This document shows, in pieces, positions 1 through 10,271 of a stretch of 64,000 nucleotides of DNA. A program made the position numbers and the translations under genes. The DNA is taken from positions 384,001 to 448,000 of the forward strand of contig CBDCOX010000002.1 in NCBI GenBank assembly GCA_965219995.1. The letters are read 5' to 3'. How positions within the stretch are numbered: position 1 is the stretch's first letter; each line of letters begins with the position of its first letter. The notes below the pieces were generated by a model, which did no database searches, was not told the DNA's origin, and saw only the letters and a list, made by a program, of their open reading frames with translations. Source of the stretch: Candidatus Latescibacterota bacterium. GTDB taxonomy: Bacteria; Latescibacterota; UBA2968; GCA-2709665.

Positions 1-486
1 GGTCCCGGTGAAGTCCGTGGCGACGTTTTGCATTCAGGCCTCGATCCCGCATCGTATTCATACAATGTCATCTGGCGCTCGTTTCCGGATGACGTGGCAT
101 GCGGTTACTCCATCAGGGGATACCGTGGAGACTTCGCGCGGGGAAACGCTTTCCGCGACGGCTGGAACCTGGGCCAGCGGCTGAGCGCCCGGGTCGTGTA
201 CGACACGGTTTCCGGAAAGTCGTTGCCGGACCGGATGCAATTTATCTCCCTCGACGGCCCCGGAATCGTATGCACGACGATCAAGCGGGCCGAAGACGGC
301 GAAGGACTGATTCTGCGCGCGTACGAAACCGTCGGCAGAAACTGTGAAGCCCGCCTGGTTTCCTGCCGTGACGTCGTCTCGGTTCGCGAAACCGACCTGA
401 TGGAGCGGCGTGTGCGCGACCTGGATCGGGATACCATCCCATTCGCCCCGTTTGAAATCAAGACCGTGCGGGTACTGCTGAATTGA
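1..486 (+). CDS. Alpha-mannosidase (GH38) C-terminal region, 5'-truncated by window edge
   Basis: Frame is open from base 1. The C-terminus (IKRAEDGEGLILRAYE...ETDLME...FAPFEIKTVRV) is typical of the GH38 C-terminal beta-sandwich. Confidence 0.8.
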   Translation, partial: GPGEVRGDVLHSGLDPASYSYNVIWRSFPDDVACGYSIRGYRGDFARGNAFRDGWNLGQRLSARVVYDTVSGKSLPDRMQFISLDGPGIVCTTIKRAEDGEGLILRAYETVGRNCEARLVSCRDVVSVRETDLMERRVRDLDRDTIPFAPFEIKTVRVLLN

Positions 487-515
487 CGGCAGCCGAACGG
501 AAGGCGGCTGCCGTC
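485..515 (+). terminator. GC-rich hairpin after GH38 gene
   Basis: GACGGCAGCCG-N9-CGGCTGCCGTC, an 11-bp stem. There is no U-tract, so it may be a stabiliser rather than an intrinsic terminator. Confidence 0.4.
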
Positions 516-606
516 GCCGCGAAAGGTGAGCTTCCGGTTTTGCCGGCGGCGCGTGGGCCGACCCCGGACGTAGCCCGGATGGACTTTTCCAACGGGCTGT
601 TAGGAG

Positions 607-1344
607 GTGACACTCATGACAAGCATCGAGGTACCGGTACGTTATTATAAGGATTACCCCGGCGGTTACGATTACGGGTACGAGGATTTGAAGCTGCCGC
701 TTGAAAGCTCCTGCTTTCTGCTTGTGGACGTGGACGGCGCCTATTCGTTCGAGGGCGAACGCAGGCCGCATCCGACCACCCGGGATTACATTGCGCCGGC
801 CCTGGAGGCGGCCAGGGCCATAAAGATGAAAGTGGCGTATGTCCACAACGATCTGAGGCTGGTGGCCGATCCCGGTTGCATTGCGGGTCAGTTGTGGAGC
901 AGGACCAAGGTGCCTAACGGCGACGTGATGGAAAGCTGGACCAAGAGGCCGGATTACGAACCGGTCTACGTGGATTGCGTGGCGCCGCGCCCCGGCGAGC
1001 CGAATTTTCCCAAGTGGATGTGGAGCGGGTTCCGCGATACGTTTCTCGATCAGAGACTCCGCTCCTGGGGTATCGAGAATCTGTTCGTGGTGGGCTACAG
1101 CCGGCGGGCGTGCCTGCACTACACGTGCGCGGAGGCGATGGGCCATAACTACCGTGTCATCCTCCTCCGTGACTGTTCCAATCCGCCGGGCGAGATCGAA
1201 TTTCCCGATACGCTGGACGACAGCCTGCCCGAGGGCGGGTGGGTGAATCGCATGATGCTTCGCCAGTTCGAGCACCTGATCGGATTCACCACGACCTCTT
1301 CGGAGTTTGTCGCCTCCTGCGAACAGGTGGAGGCATCGGAATGA
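607..1344 (+). CDS. Cysteine hydrolase (isochorismatase family)
   Basis: LLVDVD, FPKWMWSGF-DT-LD--LR and GYSRRACLHYT motifs give the D-K-C triad. An AGGAGG RBS favours ATG 616. Confidence 0.85.
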   Translation: MTLMTSIEVPVRYYKDYPGGYDYGYEDLKLPLESSCFLLVDVDGAYSFEGERRPHPTTRDYIAPALEAARAIKMKVAYVHNDLRLVADPGCIAGQLWSRTKVPNGDVMESWTKRPDYEPVYVDCVAPRPGEPNFPKWMWSGFRDTFLDQRLRSWGIENLFVVGYSRRACLHYTCAEAMGHNYRVILLRDCSNPPGEIEFPDTLDDSLPEGGWVNRMMLRQFEHLIGFTTTSSEFVASCEQVEASE

Positions 1345-2462
1345 AGATCCGTGACATCGACTCCATTATGATCGACTCTCCCGGGCGGAAGTGGACGATC
1401 GTTCGGGTCCATACGGACGAGGGACCGGTGGGGCTGGGCGAAGCCACCTACTCGCAAAAAGAACCCGTGGTGGCTGCGGCGCTGGAACATATGAAACAGG
1501 AACTCGTCGGCGAGGATGTATCGCGGATCGAGTATCTGTGGCACAAGATTTATCGGATTTCCTCACTCAGCGGAATCTGGCGAATGGTGGGTCCCGTCTG
1601 GATGAGCGCACTGAGCGGAATCGACCAGGCGCTGTGGGACCTGAAGGGCAAGGCGGCCAATCTGCCCCTGGTGGAACTGCTGGGAGGAAGATTCCGGGAC
1701 ACAGTCCGTGTGTATACCCACTTCGGCGGCGCCACCCCCGAAGAATCGGCGAAGCGCGCCAGGTTCTGGGTCGACCGGGGCTACAGGGCATTGAAGACGG
1801 GCGCGCGTTCGAATACCGGTCGCCCGTTCGAGTTCTACCTGGACGATGGCGCGCCCTCAGAAACGGCGGCGCATTTTGCGGCCGCGAGAGAGGCTGTGGG
1901 GCCGGACGTCGATCTGCTGGTGGACTGCCACGGCCGTTTTACCGTTGGCGGGGCGGTACGGCTGGCGCGTGCGCTGGAACCGTATGACCTGTACTGTTTT
2001 GAAGACCCGGTTCCCCCCGAAGATCTGGCTGCGTACCCAAAGGTGAGATCGCAGACGAGCATACCGATCATGGGCAGCGAGCGGCTGAACACCAAGACGC
2101 AATACCGGCAACTGCTGGAGTTGGACGGAATCGATATCGCACAGCCGGACCTCATCTACGCGGGAGGAATTACGGAGGTGAAGAAGATCGCGGCGATCGC
2201 CGATACCTATCACGTTCCGATATCCTTTCACAACACGAAGGGGCCCGTGGGTATTCTGGCAGCGGCGCATCTGCTGGCGTCCATCCCGAATGAAGCGCCG
2301 ATGGAATTCGTCACCGGTATCGAATGGCGGGATGAGATTCTGGTGGAACCCCTGAAGATCGAAGCGGGCTGCCTGGTGGTGCCCGAAGGGCCCGGACTCG
2401 GGGTCGAACTGGACATGGAAGGCGTGGAAAAACATCGGTGGCGCGTGGGAGACCCCTATTGA
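1341..2462 (+). CDS. Mandelate racemase/muconate lactonizing (enolase superfamily) dehydratase, galactonate dehydratase-like
   Basis: SGIDQALWDLKGK, LLGGRFR, LLVDCHGR, FEDP, QPD and GPGLGVELD motifs. ATGA overlap with the upstream stop. Confidence 0.9.
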   Translation: MKIRDIDSIMIDSPGRKWTIVRVHTDEGPVGLGEATYSQKEPVVAAALEHMKQELVGEDVSRIEYLWHKIYRISSLSGIWRMVGPVWMSALSGIDQALWDLKGKAANLPLVELLGGRFRDTVRVYTHFGGATPEESAKRARFWVDRGYRALKTGARSNTGRPFEFYLDDGAPSETAAHFAAAREAVGPDVDLLVDCHGRFTVGGAVRLARALEPYDLYCFEDPVPPEDLAAYPKVRSQTSIPIMGSERLNTKTQYRQLLELDGIDIAQPDLIYAGGITEVKKIAAIADTYHVPISFHNTKGPVGILAAAHLLASIPNEAPMEFVTGIEWRDEILVEPLKIEAGCLVVPEGPGLGVELDMEGVEKHRWRVGDPY

Positions 2463-2555
2463 CGGAGCGGCCGTTCCGGGTTGCCCCTGCGCCTTGAACA
2501 ATAAAGCCCGGTTTGGAGCCCCGTCGTTCGATCGGATTCAGGAATCGCAACCGCA

Positions 2556-4163
2556 ATGTTTGACGTCCTGATCAGAAATGCCAGCATCATCGATGGAACG
2601 GGTGCGGCCGCCTTTTTGGGCGATGTCGGGATCGAAGGGGATGCGATTGCCGCCGTCGGCGGCGCGTCCGGCCCCTCCAGGGTGGAGATCGACGGATCCG
2701 GGTTGACTGCGGCGCCCGGATTCATCGACATCCACACCCACTCGGACTACAGCCTGCTGATCGACGGGCGGGGCGAGAGCGCGCTCTACCAGGGCGTGAC
2801 CACCCACGTTTGCGGGAACTGCGGCATATCGGCATTTCCGGCAGGGCGCAACGGATGCTATTTCGGCCCGTTGGATTCCAGTCGGCTCAGGTCGGAAATC
2901 GCGGCGGACTGGACATCCGCGGCCGGGTATTTCGAGACGCTGGAGCGGCAGGGCGTGGCCATCAACGCAGCGTACCTCGTGGGGCATGGCTCGGTACGGC
3001 ATACGGTCATGGGCCAATCCGTGCGGCCGCCCAGACCCGATCAGCTGCAGGAGATGAAGCGTCTCGTCGACGTTCAGATGGCCGAAGGCGCGCTGGGGAT
3101 CTCCACCGGGCTCACCTATATGCCGGGAAGCAGCGCGACGACGGACGAAATCATCGCGCTGGCGGCCGTAACGGCGCCCTACGGCGGAATTTACGCCACA
3201 CATATGCGCAACTACACGGCGTCCATCATGGAAGCGCTGGAGGAGGCGATTACGATCGGGAGAGAGGCCGGCGTTCCCGTTCACGCATCGCATATTACGC
3301 CCTGTCCTCCGGCCACGGGCAGCGCGCCGCGTCTGCTCGAACGCATCAGCCGCGCGCGCGCGGAAGGTCAGGACGTGACGGCGGAGACGGAATTCTATGC
3401 GACGGGATCCACGTCATTGAAGTCCCTGCTGCCGCCGTGGGCTCTGGAGGGCGGGAACGGACGGATGGTGGGACGATTGTCGACGCCTTTACAGCGAAGG
3501 CGCATGTGGCGTGAGATCCGGGAAAGCGGATCGGAACTCGGCGGGAGCACCAAGACGGGTTTGATGCAACAGGGGCTCTGGAAAAAGCTCTGGCTCGGAA
3601 ACTGCGCGGTTAACGCCTCGCTGACGGGCAAGAGCTTCGCTGAAATCGGCCGGCTTCGCGGCGCCCATCCGTTCGATGCCGTCTGCGACATTCTGATTGA
3701 AGAGAACGGCGCCGTGAGTTTCTACGGCGAGGACAAGGCCGACCCGGACATCGACTGTCTCGCCCGGGGGACGCATTGCGGCGTGGGATCGGATGGGCTC
3801 GCCATGGCCAATACGGGTCCGCTTGCAGAGGAAAGGGAGCATCCCCGCTGCTATGGGGGCATGGCGTACCTGATTCGAACGCTCGTCCGTGAACGGGGCG
3901 TGCTCTCTCTCGAGCGTCTGGTGGAGAAGCTCACCCGGTTTCCGGCCGATCGGATGGGGTTTGGAGACCGCGGTCTGCTTCGGGAAGGAAAACGGGCCGA
4001 TCTGGTCCTGTTCGATTCCGAAGGGATGCGCGATCTGGCCACGATTCAGAATCCTTGTCGCTATTCAGAAGGGGTTCGCTGGCTCTTCGTCAACGGCGTC
4101 GCGGCGATTTCAGATGGAAAGACGACGGGCAAGAGAGGCGGCCGCGTGTTGCGGCGAGGGTGA
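2556..4163 (+). CDS. N-acyl-D-amino-acid deacylase family amidohydrolase
   Basis: APGFIDIHTHSD, GVTT-V-GNCG, GISTGL-Y-PG, HPRCYG and DRGLLREGKRADLVLFD motifs. Confidence 0.9.
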   Translation: MFDVLIRNASIIDGTGAAAFLGDVGIEGDAIAAVGGASGPSRVEIDGSGLTAAPGFIDIHTHSDYSLLIDGRGESALYQGVTTHVCGNCGISAFPAGRNGCYFGPLDSSRLRSEIAADWTSAAGYFETLERQGVAINAAYLVGHGSVRHTVMGQSVRPPRPDQLQEMKRLVDVQMAEGALGISTGLTYMPGSSATTDEIIALAAVTAPYGGIYATHMRNYTASIMEALEEAITIGREAGVPVHASHITPCPPATGSAPRLLERISRARAEGQDVTAETEFYATGSTSLKSLLPPWALEGGNGRMVGRLSTPLQRRRMWREIRESGSELGGSTKTGLMQQGLWKKLWLGNCAVNASLTGKSFAEIGRLRGAHPFDAVCDILIEENGAVSFYGEDKADPDIDCLARGTHCGVGSDGLAMANTGPLAEEREHPRCYGGMAYLIRTLVRERGVLSLERLVEKLTRFPADRMGFGDRGLLREGKRADLVLFDSEGMRDLATIQNPCRYSEGVRWLFVNGVAAISDGKTTGKRGGRVLRRG

Positions 4164-4260
4164 TGCCGTGTTCGGTGAACTGCGGCCTTTCGGCAGCCGT
4201 TTGAGTCTACCGCTGGTCCATGTTTCGAGTGAATCAATATCGGGAACCGGAATTTCAGAG

Positions 4261-6630
4261 ATGCGATCGGGCGACATCACCTCACGCGAACCCGGACGGA
4301 TTCTGCCTACGTGCTCACGATGCGCATGCGGCGTAACGTTCTCCCGGTGCGCGACGTCGCGGATTCTGATCGTCGTTGGCGTCGTGATGGTTTGCGCCTT
4401 CCCGGTCGCAGCCGCGGATACGGCGCCTCCGTCTGCCTTTCAGGATAGTGCAGCGATGCTTCTTGCCGAGGTGCCGCTGGACGTGCTTCTGGCGAAGTAC
4501 GGCGATTCGCTGTTCAGCCCGCCTGAGGGCACGGCGCGGATTTTGAGGGATCGCTACGGCGTGCCTCACATTTACGGCCTTCGAGACGTCGACGTCGCGT
4601 TCGGATTCGGCTATGCGCAGGCCCAGGATCACCTGGTTCCGATGTTGCTGAATTACCGGGCGGCGTCGGGTACGGCGTCGGAAGTACTCGGCGCCGGTCA
4701 TTTGGAAAGCGACGAGCGGGCGTTGCTCTGGCGGGTCCGGGACGTGGCCGTCGCACGATACGGCGCGCTGCCCCCCGAAACTCGGGATCTGATTCGCGCA
4801 TTTGCCGACGGCGTAAACCACTACATCGACGTCTACAGGGAGGGGTTGCCCGACTGGGTAACCTCCGTGGGCGGTACGGACATCGTGGCGCTGTCCCGGT
4901 GGGTGATCATGTTGTTTGCGGAGCGGGCGGGAACGCTCGAATTGCAGGATGCGGGCCTGACGCCGATGCTCGGAGCCCGTCGCGCCACCTCGAACATGTG
5001 GGTATTGGGAGGTTCGCGAACCGCCTCCGGAAACCCTGTCTTCGTGATGGACGTGCACCTCCCGTGGCGCGCTCCCTTTCAACCTTACGAGGCGCACCTT
5101 GTCAGCCGGGAAGGGCTGAACGTCGCGGGCGTGACCGTGTTCGGCCTCCCGGTCATTCTGGCAGGCCACAACCGCCGCATGGCGTGGTCGCTGGCGGCGA
5201 ACGACGCGGACGTGTTCGATCTGTATGAACTGAAACTGGATCCGTCAAACCGTAGACGGTATGTGTTCGAAAAGGAAATGAGGCGCATGTCGACTCAACG
5301 CGTGCGCATCCGGGTCAGGGAGCCCCGGGGAGTCCGTGAAGTCGAGCGCGAGTTGCTCTATTCGCACCATGGGCCGGTCTACAAGGCTGTAGACGACCGG
5401 GCCTATGCGGGGCGATGCAGCGCCGGGGAGGTCGTCAATGCCATCGGGCAGTTCCATAGGATCAATCGGGCAGGCGACCCGGATGCGTTCGAACGTGCGT
5501 TGCGAATGCTTCAGTTGCCCATGTTCCACGTCCTTTACGGGGACGTCGAAGGCCGCATGTTATATGTTTACAGCGCGCGCAGTCCGGTACGAGCGGAAGA
5601 ATTCGACTGGAGAAGCCCCGTTCCCGGTTGGGTTCCCGATACGGAATGGCGGAGGATAGTGGGGTACGAGCGACTCCCGCGAATCCTGAATCCCCCCTCC
5701 GATTTCCTGCAGAACTGCAATGTTGCGCCGAACTTCGTAACGCACGACAGCGGTCTCAAGTCCGTGGATTATCCGCCTTTCATGGGCTGGGGCGGGCTCG
5801 ACGACCGCGGGCAGCGCCTGCTGACCTGGCTGTCGGCCAATCGGAAGGCGACGCTGGGCCAGTTGAAGGAACTGGCCAGAGATTCCTATCTGATCGCGGC
5901 GGAGGAACTGAAGGGCTTCATCCTCAGGGCGTACAATCGAACGTGGTGGGACATCTACGACCCGGACAGGCAGTTGGCCCTTGCCGTGGAGCTGCTGCGC
6001 GGCTGGGACAACCGCGCGTCGGTCGACAGCCGTGCGACACTCCTGTTCTCCATCTGGAAGTCCAGGTTCATCGAGCTGTTTTCGGGTGTACCTCCCGAAC
6101 AATTGAACCAGGTGCGGGTTATGGAGAAACTTGCCCTCGAGGCGCTGAGAATGGCCGTCGAGCACCTGATGACGACATACGGGCGGCTGGACGTACCCTG
6201 GGGCGAGGTGCACGTGATCGATCGGGGGGGCCGCCTGTTTCCGGTGGGAGGTTCGGCGCCGGGCACACAGGCCCTGCATACCACGCGGTCCGTCCCGGGC
6301 GACGACGGTCTGTTCCGCGTCGAGGGTGGGTCGGCCTATACGATGGTGGTGGAACTCGCCGATCCACTTCGATCCTGGAGTCTTCAGTCTCTCGGAAACA
6401 GTGAGGACCCCGATTCGGACAACTTTAGCGACCAGGCGGCGATGCAGGCGAGCGGAGAACTGAAGCGTTTTCGGCTGGACAATGAAGAAATCACCGCCAA
6501 TCTGCAGTCGGTCGTAACCGCGCCGCTCGAGCAGGCGGAGGTCGACAGGGAGCAGTTTCGCGTCCGGTGGAAGCTGAAGTCGGCGTTCGAAGGGACGGAG
6601 GACGCGGAGCCGGCCAATGGAGGCGGTTGA
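4261..6630 (+). CDS. Penicillin acylase family (Ntn hydrolase S45), probably exported
   Basis: RDRYGVPHIYG, FGFGYAQAQD and the catalytic SNMW, plus a hydrophobic signal-like segment ending FPVAAA. Start uncertain (4261 or later). Confidence 0.88.
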   Translation: MRSGDITSREPGRILPTCSRCACGVTFSRCATSRILIVVGVVMVCAFPVAAADTAPPSAFQDSAAMLLAEVPLDVLLAKYGDSLFSPPEGTARILRDRYGVPHIYGLRDVDVAFGFGYAQAQDHLVPMLLNYRAASGTASEVLGAGHLESDERALLWRVRDVAVARYGALPPETRDLIRAFADGVNHYIDVYREGLPDWVTSVGGTDIVALSRWVIMLFAERAGTLELQDAGLTPMLGARRATSNMWVLGGSRTASGNPVFVMDVHLPWRAPFQPYEAHLVSREGLNVAGVTVFGLPVILAGHNRRMAWSLAANDADVFDLYELKLDPSNRRRYVFEKEMRRMSTQRVRIRVREPRGVREVERELLYSHHGPVYKAVDDRAYAGRCSAGEVVNAIGQFHRINRAGDPDAFERALRMLQLPMFHVLYGDVEGRMLYVYSARSPVRAEEFDWRSPVPGWVPDTEWRRIVGYERLPRILNPPSDFLQNCNVAPNFVTHDSGLKSVDYPPFMGWGGLDDRGQRLLTWLSANRKATLGQLKELARDSYLIAAEELKGFILRAYNRTWWDIYDPDRQLALAVELLRGWDNRASVDSRATLLFSIWKSRFIELFSGVPPEQLNQVRVMEKLALEALRMAVEHLMTTYGRLDVPWGEVHVIDRGGRLFPVGGSAPGTQALHTTRSVPGDDGLFRVEGGSAYTMVVELADPLRSWSLQSLGNSEDPDSDNFSDQAAMQASGELKRFRLDNEEITANLQSVVTAPLEQAEVDREQFRVRWKLKSAFEGTEDAEPANGGG

Positions 6631-6633
6631 ATC

Positions 6634-7401
6634 GTGTTGCCCAGCATGCGCCTGGAAGACAAGATCGTTATGGTGACGGGCGCGGGCTCCGGCATCGGCC
6701 GGGCCGTGGCCGTCGCGGCAGCCGAGGCGGGCGCGCACTGTGTGCCGTGTGAGCTGCCGGAAAAGACCGGTGACCTGGCGGGCGTCTGCGCCGAAATCGA
6801 GGGTCTGGAACGGCGGGCGCTGCCGGTACCCCTGCGTCTGCCGGACCTGGAGAGCATTGAACTTGCCGTTGAGAGAGCCGTGAAGGAGATGGGGCGGATC
6901 GACGTGCTCGTGAACAATGCCGGCGTGAATATCCCCAGAGTCGCGCTGGACGTCGACGAGGCGGACTGGGACGGCGTGATGGACGTGAATCTGAAGGGCC
7001 TGTTCTTCATGTCCCAGCGCGTCGGGCGGCGGATGGTGAACGCCGGAGGCGGCAAGATCGTCAATATGGCTTCACAGAACGGCGTGATCGGATACTATCG
7101 CCGCGCGGCCTATTGTTCCAGCAAAGCCGGGGTTGTGAATCTGACCCGGGTGTTGGCGCTCGAGTGGGCCCCGCACGGAATCACCGTAAACGCCGTGGGC
7201 CCCACGTTTATCCTGACGCCGCTCACGCAGTCCACCTTCGACGACCCGGCGCTCCGTGAGGATCTGTTGAAGCGGATCCCGCTCGGGCGGGTCGGGCGGC
7301 CCGAAGACGTCGTGGGTGCCGTGGTCTTCCTGGCGAGCCCGGCCGCGGACCTGATCACGGGGCATACGCTGCTGGTAGACGGCGGCTGGACGGCGGTATA
7401 G
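6634..7401 (+). CDS. Short-chain dehydrogenase/reductase
   Basis: TGAGSGIG, NNAG, YCSSK and TGHTLLVDGG motifs. Confidence 0.92.
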   Translation: MLPSMRLEDKIVMVTGAGSGIGRAVAVAAAEAGAHCVPCELPEKTGDLAGVCAEIEGLERRALPVPLRLPDLESIELAVERAVKEMGRIDVLVNNAGVNIPRVALDVDEADWDGVMDVNLKGLFFMSQRVGRRMVNAGGGKIVNMASQNGVIGYYRRAAYCSSKAGVVNLTRVLALEWAPHGITVNAVGPTFILTPLTQSTFDDPALREDLLKRIPLGRVGRPEDVVGAVVFLASPAADLITGHTLLVDGGWTAV

Positions 7402-7455
7402 TCGGATTCGACCCCTTCAGGAAACGGTCGATGCCGGCTGGAAGAGATTGGGCAA

Positions 7456-8421
7456 ATGGATTCGCTTGGCATTTCTGCCGTCGCGGTCGTCGGGGCGGGA
7501 ACCATGGGCGCCGGCATCGCCGGCATGTTCGCCCGGACGGGATGTCGCGTCCATCTCGTCGACCTGAGCGATGCGCTGCTGGATCGGGCCATGGCGCGCC
7601 TGCGGCTGGGTCAGGAGGCGCTGGTCGGGGCCGGCCTGCTGCGCTCCCGCGACGCGGATGCGTCGGTATCGCGCGTGACAACGACTACGGACCTGGCCGA
7701 AGCGTGTGACGGGTCGGATTTTCTGCTGGAGGCGGCGACCGAAGACCTGGCGTTGAAGCAGGGGTTGTTCTCGGCATTCGACAGACTCTGTCCGCCTGAC
7801 ACCGTTCTGGCCACCAATACGTCGGGCCTGTCGGTGACCGCCATTGCCGGTGCGACCGGTCGTCCGGACCGGGTGGGGGGTATGCACTTCTGGAACCCGC
7901 CGCATCTGATTCCCCTGGTGGAAGTGATCCGCGCCGACACGACCTCCGACGAAACGTCCGAACACCTGAAGGCGGTCGCGATCAGGCTGAACAAAAAGCC
8001 GATCACGGTGCGGCGGGACATTCCCGGGTTCGTGGGGAATCGCCTGCAGTTCGCCGTGGTTCGGGAGGCGTTGCATCTGCTGCAGGAAGGCGTGGCTTCC
8101 GCCGAGGACATCGATACGGCGATGACCGCGGGTCCCGGCCTTCGCTACAGTTTCCTTGGCCCGCTTCGGACAGCCGATCTGGGCGGACTCGATGTGTTTC
8201 ATGCCATCAGCAGCTATCTGTTCGCCAGCTTGAGCGCGGATCGGGAGGCGCCCGAGGCGTTGCACGCGCTTGTCAGGGCCGGGAAGCTCGGCGCGAAGTC
8301 GGGCGCGGGGTTTTACCGCTATACCGACGCCGACCTGGGGCGGTTCATACAACTTCGGGACCGGACCCTGCTGAGATTGACGGAGGTTCTGGAGGCGGAA
8401 GAGGGTGTGACCCATGGCTGA
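7456..8421 (+). CDS. 3-hydroxyacyl-CoA dehydrogenase family protein
   Basis: VVGAGTMGAGIA, LATNTS, GMHFWNPP and PGFVGNRL motifs. Confidence 0.92.
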   Translation: MDSLGISAVAVVGAGTMGAGIAGMFARTGCRVHLVDLSDALLDRAMARLRLGQEALVGAGLLRSRDADASVSRVTTTTDLAEACDGSDFLLEAATEDLALKQGLFSAFDRLCPPDTVLATNTSGLSVTAIAGATGRPDRVGGMHFWNPPHLIPLVEVIRADTTSDETSEHLKAVAIRLNKKPITVRRDIPGFVGNRLQFAVVREALHLLQEGVASAEDIDTAMTAGPGLRYSFLGPLRTADLGGLDVFHAISSYLFASLSADREAPEALHALVRAGKLGAKSGAGFYRYTDADLGRFIQLRDRTLLRLTEVLEAEEGVTHG

Positions 8422-9412
8422 TCTGGCATCCGGTTCGGGTCCGCTGTTTACAGATCCGGATCCCGAGGCGGCGCGACAGGTCTTCCGGAAGAAGCGTGCG
8501 GCCTTCGAAGACAAAGTGACGTCCGTCCGGGACGCGGTTGCACAATTCGTGAGAGACGGGGACTATGTCGCATCCGGCGGGTTCGGCGCAAACCGGATTT
8601 CGACCGCGTGCATGCACGAGATCCTTCGGCAGGGCCGGCAGAATCTGGGTTTTGCCGGTCATACGACTACCCACGACTTCGAAATCCTGGCAGCGGGGAA
8701 TCGAAGCGGCCGCAAGCTGCTCTCACGGGTGGATGCGGCCTATATCGTCGGACTGGAAGCGAGGGGGTTGTCGCCGCAGGCCAGGCGGACGATGCAAAGC
8801 GGCGAGGTCACCGTGTGCGAGTGGTCTAATTTTGCGCTGGCGGCGCGCTTCCGGGCGGCGGCCGCGGGTGTGCCCTTTATGCCCATGCGGAGCCTGCTGG
8901 GCACGGACACCTTCAAACGCAGCGCGGCGAAGGAGATCGCCTGTCCGTTCACGGGACGCAGGCTCCTGGCCGTGCCCGCGCTGTATCCCGACGTCTCGTT
9001 TATCCACGTGCACGAAAGCGATCCCTGCGGGAATTGCCGGATTCGCGGGATTTCGGTGGCGGATTTCGACCTCGCGCGCGCCTCCAGACGGCTGGTCGTC
9101 ACAACCGAGCGACTCGTCGGCACGGAAGAGATCCGGCAGACGCCGGAGGCCACGGTGATTCCCGCGTTCTGCGTGGATGCGGTCTGCGAGGTGCCGTTCG
9201 GTTCGTACCCGGGAAACATGGCGGGCGCGTATTTCTCGGATGAGGACCACCTCACCGAATGGCTCGACGTCGAACGGGATGAAGACAGGTTCGAAGCCTT
9301 TTTGCAGAAATACATCTACGGGGTGGAGCGCTTTGAGCAGTATGTACAGCTGTGCGGTGGGGCCGAACGCCTGAAGGAACTGCGGGATCTGGAGTTGCAC
9401 CCGGGGTCCTGA
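8414..9412 (+). CDS. CoA-transferase subunit A (glutaconate CoA-transferase-like)
   Basis: VRDGD-VASGGF, AAAAGVPFMP-RSLLGTD, CPFTG and VPALYPDV motifs. Confidence 0.88.
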   Translation: MADLASGSGPLFTDPDPEAARQVFRKKRAAFEDKVTSVRDAVAQFVRDGDYVASGGFGANRISTACMHEILRQGRQNLGFAGHTTTHDFEILAAGNRSGRKLLSRVDAAYIVGLEARGLSPQARRTMQSGEVTVCEWSNFALAARFRAAAAGVPFMPMRSLLGTDTFKRSAAKEIACPFTGRRLLAVPALYPDVSFIHVHESDPCGNCRIRGISVADFDLARASRRLVVTTERLVGTEEIRQTPEATVIPAFCVDAVCEVPFGSYPGNMAGAYFSDEDHLTEWLDVERDEDRFEAFLQKYIYGVERFEQYVQLCGGAERLKELRDLELHPGS

Positions 9413-9487
9413 TGGAATGCGCCGTCGCGCGTTCCGGCTGTCGAACCCGACATTCACACTCGCCAACGCGGCCGGGAGGAGAAGGGC

Positions 9488-10255
9488 ATGCCCGATTACA
9501 GCGCCACCGAACTGGCGATCTGCACGGCATCCAGAATGCTGGAGGACGGCGCCGCGGTGGGCGTCGGAACCGGAGCGCCGTGCGCCACTGCGATGCTTGC
9601 GCAGAAACGGCATGCCCCGCATCTGCTGGTCGCGTTCGAAGCAGGCGGCCTCGCGCCGCTGTTGCCGTCCATGCCGATTTCGGTCGGGGATTCCAGGACG
9701 TTTTATCAGGCCCAGATGGCAACCAGTATGGGCGACGTCATGGAGGCGTGCCAGCGCGGGATGGTGGACTACGCGTTCCTGGGCGGGGCTCAGATCGATC
9801 CGTTCGGCAACCTGAACTCAACGGTGATCGGGGATCACGGGCGTCCCAAAGTACGGTTTCCGGGCAGTGGCGGGGGAAACGACTTCGCCAGTCTTTGCTG
9901 GCGCACAATGGTCATGACGCAGCATGACCGGCGGAGGTTCGTGGAACGGCTGGATTTCCTGACTACGCCCGGCTTCCTGACGGGTCCCGGCGCCCGCGAG
10001 GAGGCGGGGTTGCCGCAGGGAGGGGGGCCGTACAAGGTGATCACGGACCTGGCCGTGATGGGGTATGATCCCGAAAGCTGCCGGATGCAGGTGGAGAGTC
10101 TACATCCCGGGGTAACCTTCGACACGGTTCAGGAAAACACCGGATTCGAGCTGTCGCTGTCACCCGATGCGGGCGAAACAGCGGTGCCTGAAGAGGACGA
10201 ACTGCGCATCCTCAGGGACGAGGTGGATCCCTACCGGTATATCATCGGCAGGTGA
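9488..10255 (+). CDS. CoA-transferase subunit B (glutaconate CoA-transferase-like)
   Basis: FEAG (catalytic Glu), FLGGAQIDPFGNLNST and PGSGGGND motifs. Follows subunit A. Confidence 0.9.
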   Translation: MPDYSATELAICTASRMLEDGAAVGVGTGAPCATAMLAQKRHAPHLLVAFEAGGLAPLLPSMPISVGDSRTFYQAQMATSMGDVMEACQRGMVDYAFLGGAQIDPFGNLNSTVIGDHGRPKVRFPGSGGGNDFASLCWRTMVMTQHDRRRFVERLDFLTTPGFLTGPGAREEAGLPQGGGPYKVITDLAVMGYDPESCRMQVESLHPGVTFDTVQENTGFELSLSPDAGETAVPEEDELRILRDEVDPYRYIIGR

Positions 10256-10271
10256 ACGGCGGAGGATTCCA

